A program made the translations under genes and the position numbers. A DNA stretch of 62,134 nt, the filler included, from Squatina squatina (lineage: Eukaryota): the NCBI GenBank assembly GCA_031763465.1. It is 4 parts of 4 records of this genome, joined end to end, with 100 filler letters (N's around TTAATTAATTAA, not from the genome) between each part and the next. Parts side by side here need not be neighbours in the genome. Positions count along the whole stretch, not along the records: positions 40,353 to 62,134 come from JARFOE010000115.1; 3 more parts are not named here. The stretch is one strand, 5' to 3'. Of the stretch, positions 60,935 to 62,134 are shown piece after piece. The stretch's first letter is position 1. Every line of letters begins with the position of its first letter. The notes below the pieces were generated by a model. It was not told the origin of the DNA. It saw only the letters and a list, made by a program, of their open reading frames with translations, and searched no databases.

Positions 60935-61991
60935 GTGAGTCTTTGAGTACTTTGAGGCCGAGTCCTGATTTTCTTTTTTTGAGGGGGGTGTAGGGGGTTT
61001 GTGTTTTTATTTTTATTTCCAGTATTTATGCATTTTTTTTTTATAAAAGCTTTAAATTCTACTTGAATACAGTCACTTAACATATATTCCTTTATATGGG
61101 GAAATGCTCAGACCAACTAAATCCTCTGTACTTAACTGAGTACTGATATAAACTGCTTAATCTGGTCAATTTGAAATAACAAAATAAAATTAATGCAAAA
61201 TTCTCCAATGAGCAGGGTTTAGCCATTTATTTTTGATCAGCTGCGGATATAACACCCAGACCTAAATTAGTGTCTCACTAACAGAAAAGACCTATATAGG
61301 TAAATAATTTTAATCAAGAGCAAAAATCCTCATCATCTGACCTTTACTAAAAAGCAGATGCCTCGTGCAAGAATTTTCTATACAAATCAACCCACCACAA
61401 TTAACTAATCACATGGTTGATTCAGCTCCTCAGTGGCAGTAAATNNNNNNNNNNNNNNNNNNNNNNNNNNNNNNNNNNNNNNNNNNNNNNNNNNNNNNNN
61501 NNNNNNNNNNNNNNNNNNNNNNNNNNNNNNNNNNNNNNNNNNNNTTAGATGCTGCGTGTAATGTTTGCTAAGGAATGCGAACAGCTCTGATCAAATTAAA
61601 AGTTCACCTTTCCCAAGGAGGAAAAGCCAAAAAACATGCAATCTACAGAAAGATAAAATTCAAGATTAATCTCTATTTTAGATATTTGTAGTCATATTTC
61701 CAACTATATGTGAAGAGAAGAAATGTAGGTTGTCTTCTGAAGTAATTTGTTAAATTAGCCCATAGGTGTGCACTCCAATTAACTGTGTTGATCAAAGTTA
61801 TATAAATATTGTGATGTGATGATCTTTATCACAGGACATGATGTCAAGAACTGGAAGGCCTGAGTTCCTTATTTATACCATTCAGATATCTGGCATGAGA
61901 GCAGTGTGTGTCGAGGTAACTTTGCCATAAAGAATAAGGATTATATTAATTTTTTGCGTTTCATCCTGACCCATTTTTTGTAACTCTGCAG

Positions 61992-62114
61992 GTATTTAGT
62001 GCTTGAAAAGATCAAACAGCAAGATGCAGATAGAGTACACATTTTCAGCTCCTTTTTTTACAAACGCCTGAATCAGCGAGAACGACGGAATGTTCCGGAA
62101 TCTGCCAATCTGTC
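61992..62114 (+). CDS. SENP6: SENP6 catalytic (C48 peptidase) domain exon
   Basis: ctgcag/gtaagc boundaries. Reads [41 protein letters not shown]. Confidence 0.92.
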
Positions 62115-62134
62115 GTAAGCTATTATAACTGAGC

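Overview
This is eukaryotic vertebrate DNA, most likely from a shark or other elasmobranch, judged from abundant Deu-domain tRNA-SINEs, CR1/L2 LINEs and GC-rich Harbinger-type MITEs. It is not a natural contiguous locus. Many small contigs are joined by ~100-N gaps, and three N-padded TTAATTAATTAA linkers (14031, 28201, 40297) splice four unrelated scaffolds. (1) 1-13986 holds isolated exons of DIP2A, a UGT1A-type glucuronosyltransferase, PTTG1IP and COL18A1. (2) 14087-28156 holds five NEK10 exons. (3) 28257-40252 is a nearly full-length, decayed endogenous retrovirus-like element, followed by a CR1 LINE. It has a probable LTR, gag with MHR and CCHC knuckle, protease, YVDD reverse transcriptase, a degenerate tether plus a second RNase H, integrase, env, PPT and a 3' LTR stub. 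(4) 40353-62134 holds FILIP1 (-) and SENP6 (+) exons and a degenerate C2H2 zinc-finger array. The most interesting object is the retroelement. Its env does not look like an SU/TM retroviral Env. It resembles a Mononegavirales-F-like class I fusion protein, as in lokiretroviruses, and is preceded by what looks like an immunoglobulin-fold domain. All gene names come from remembered protein sequences, not from database searches.
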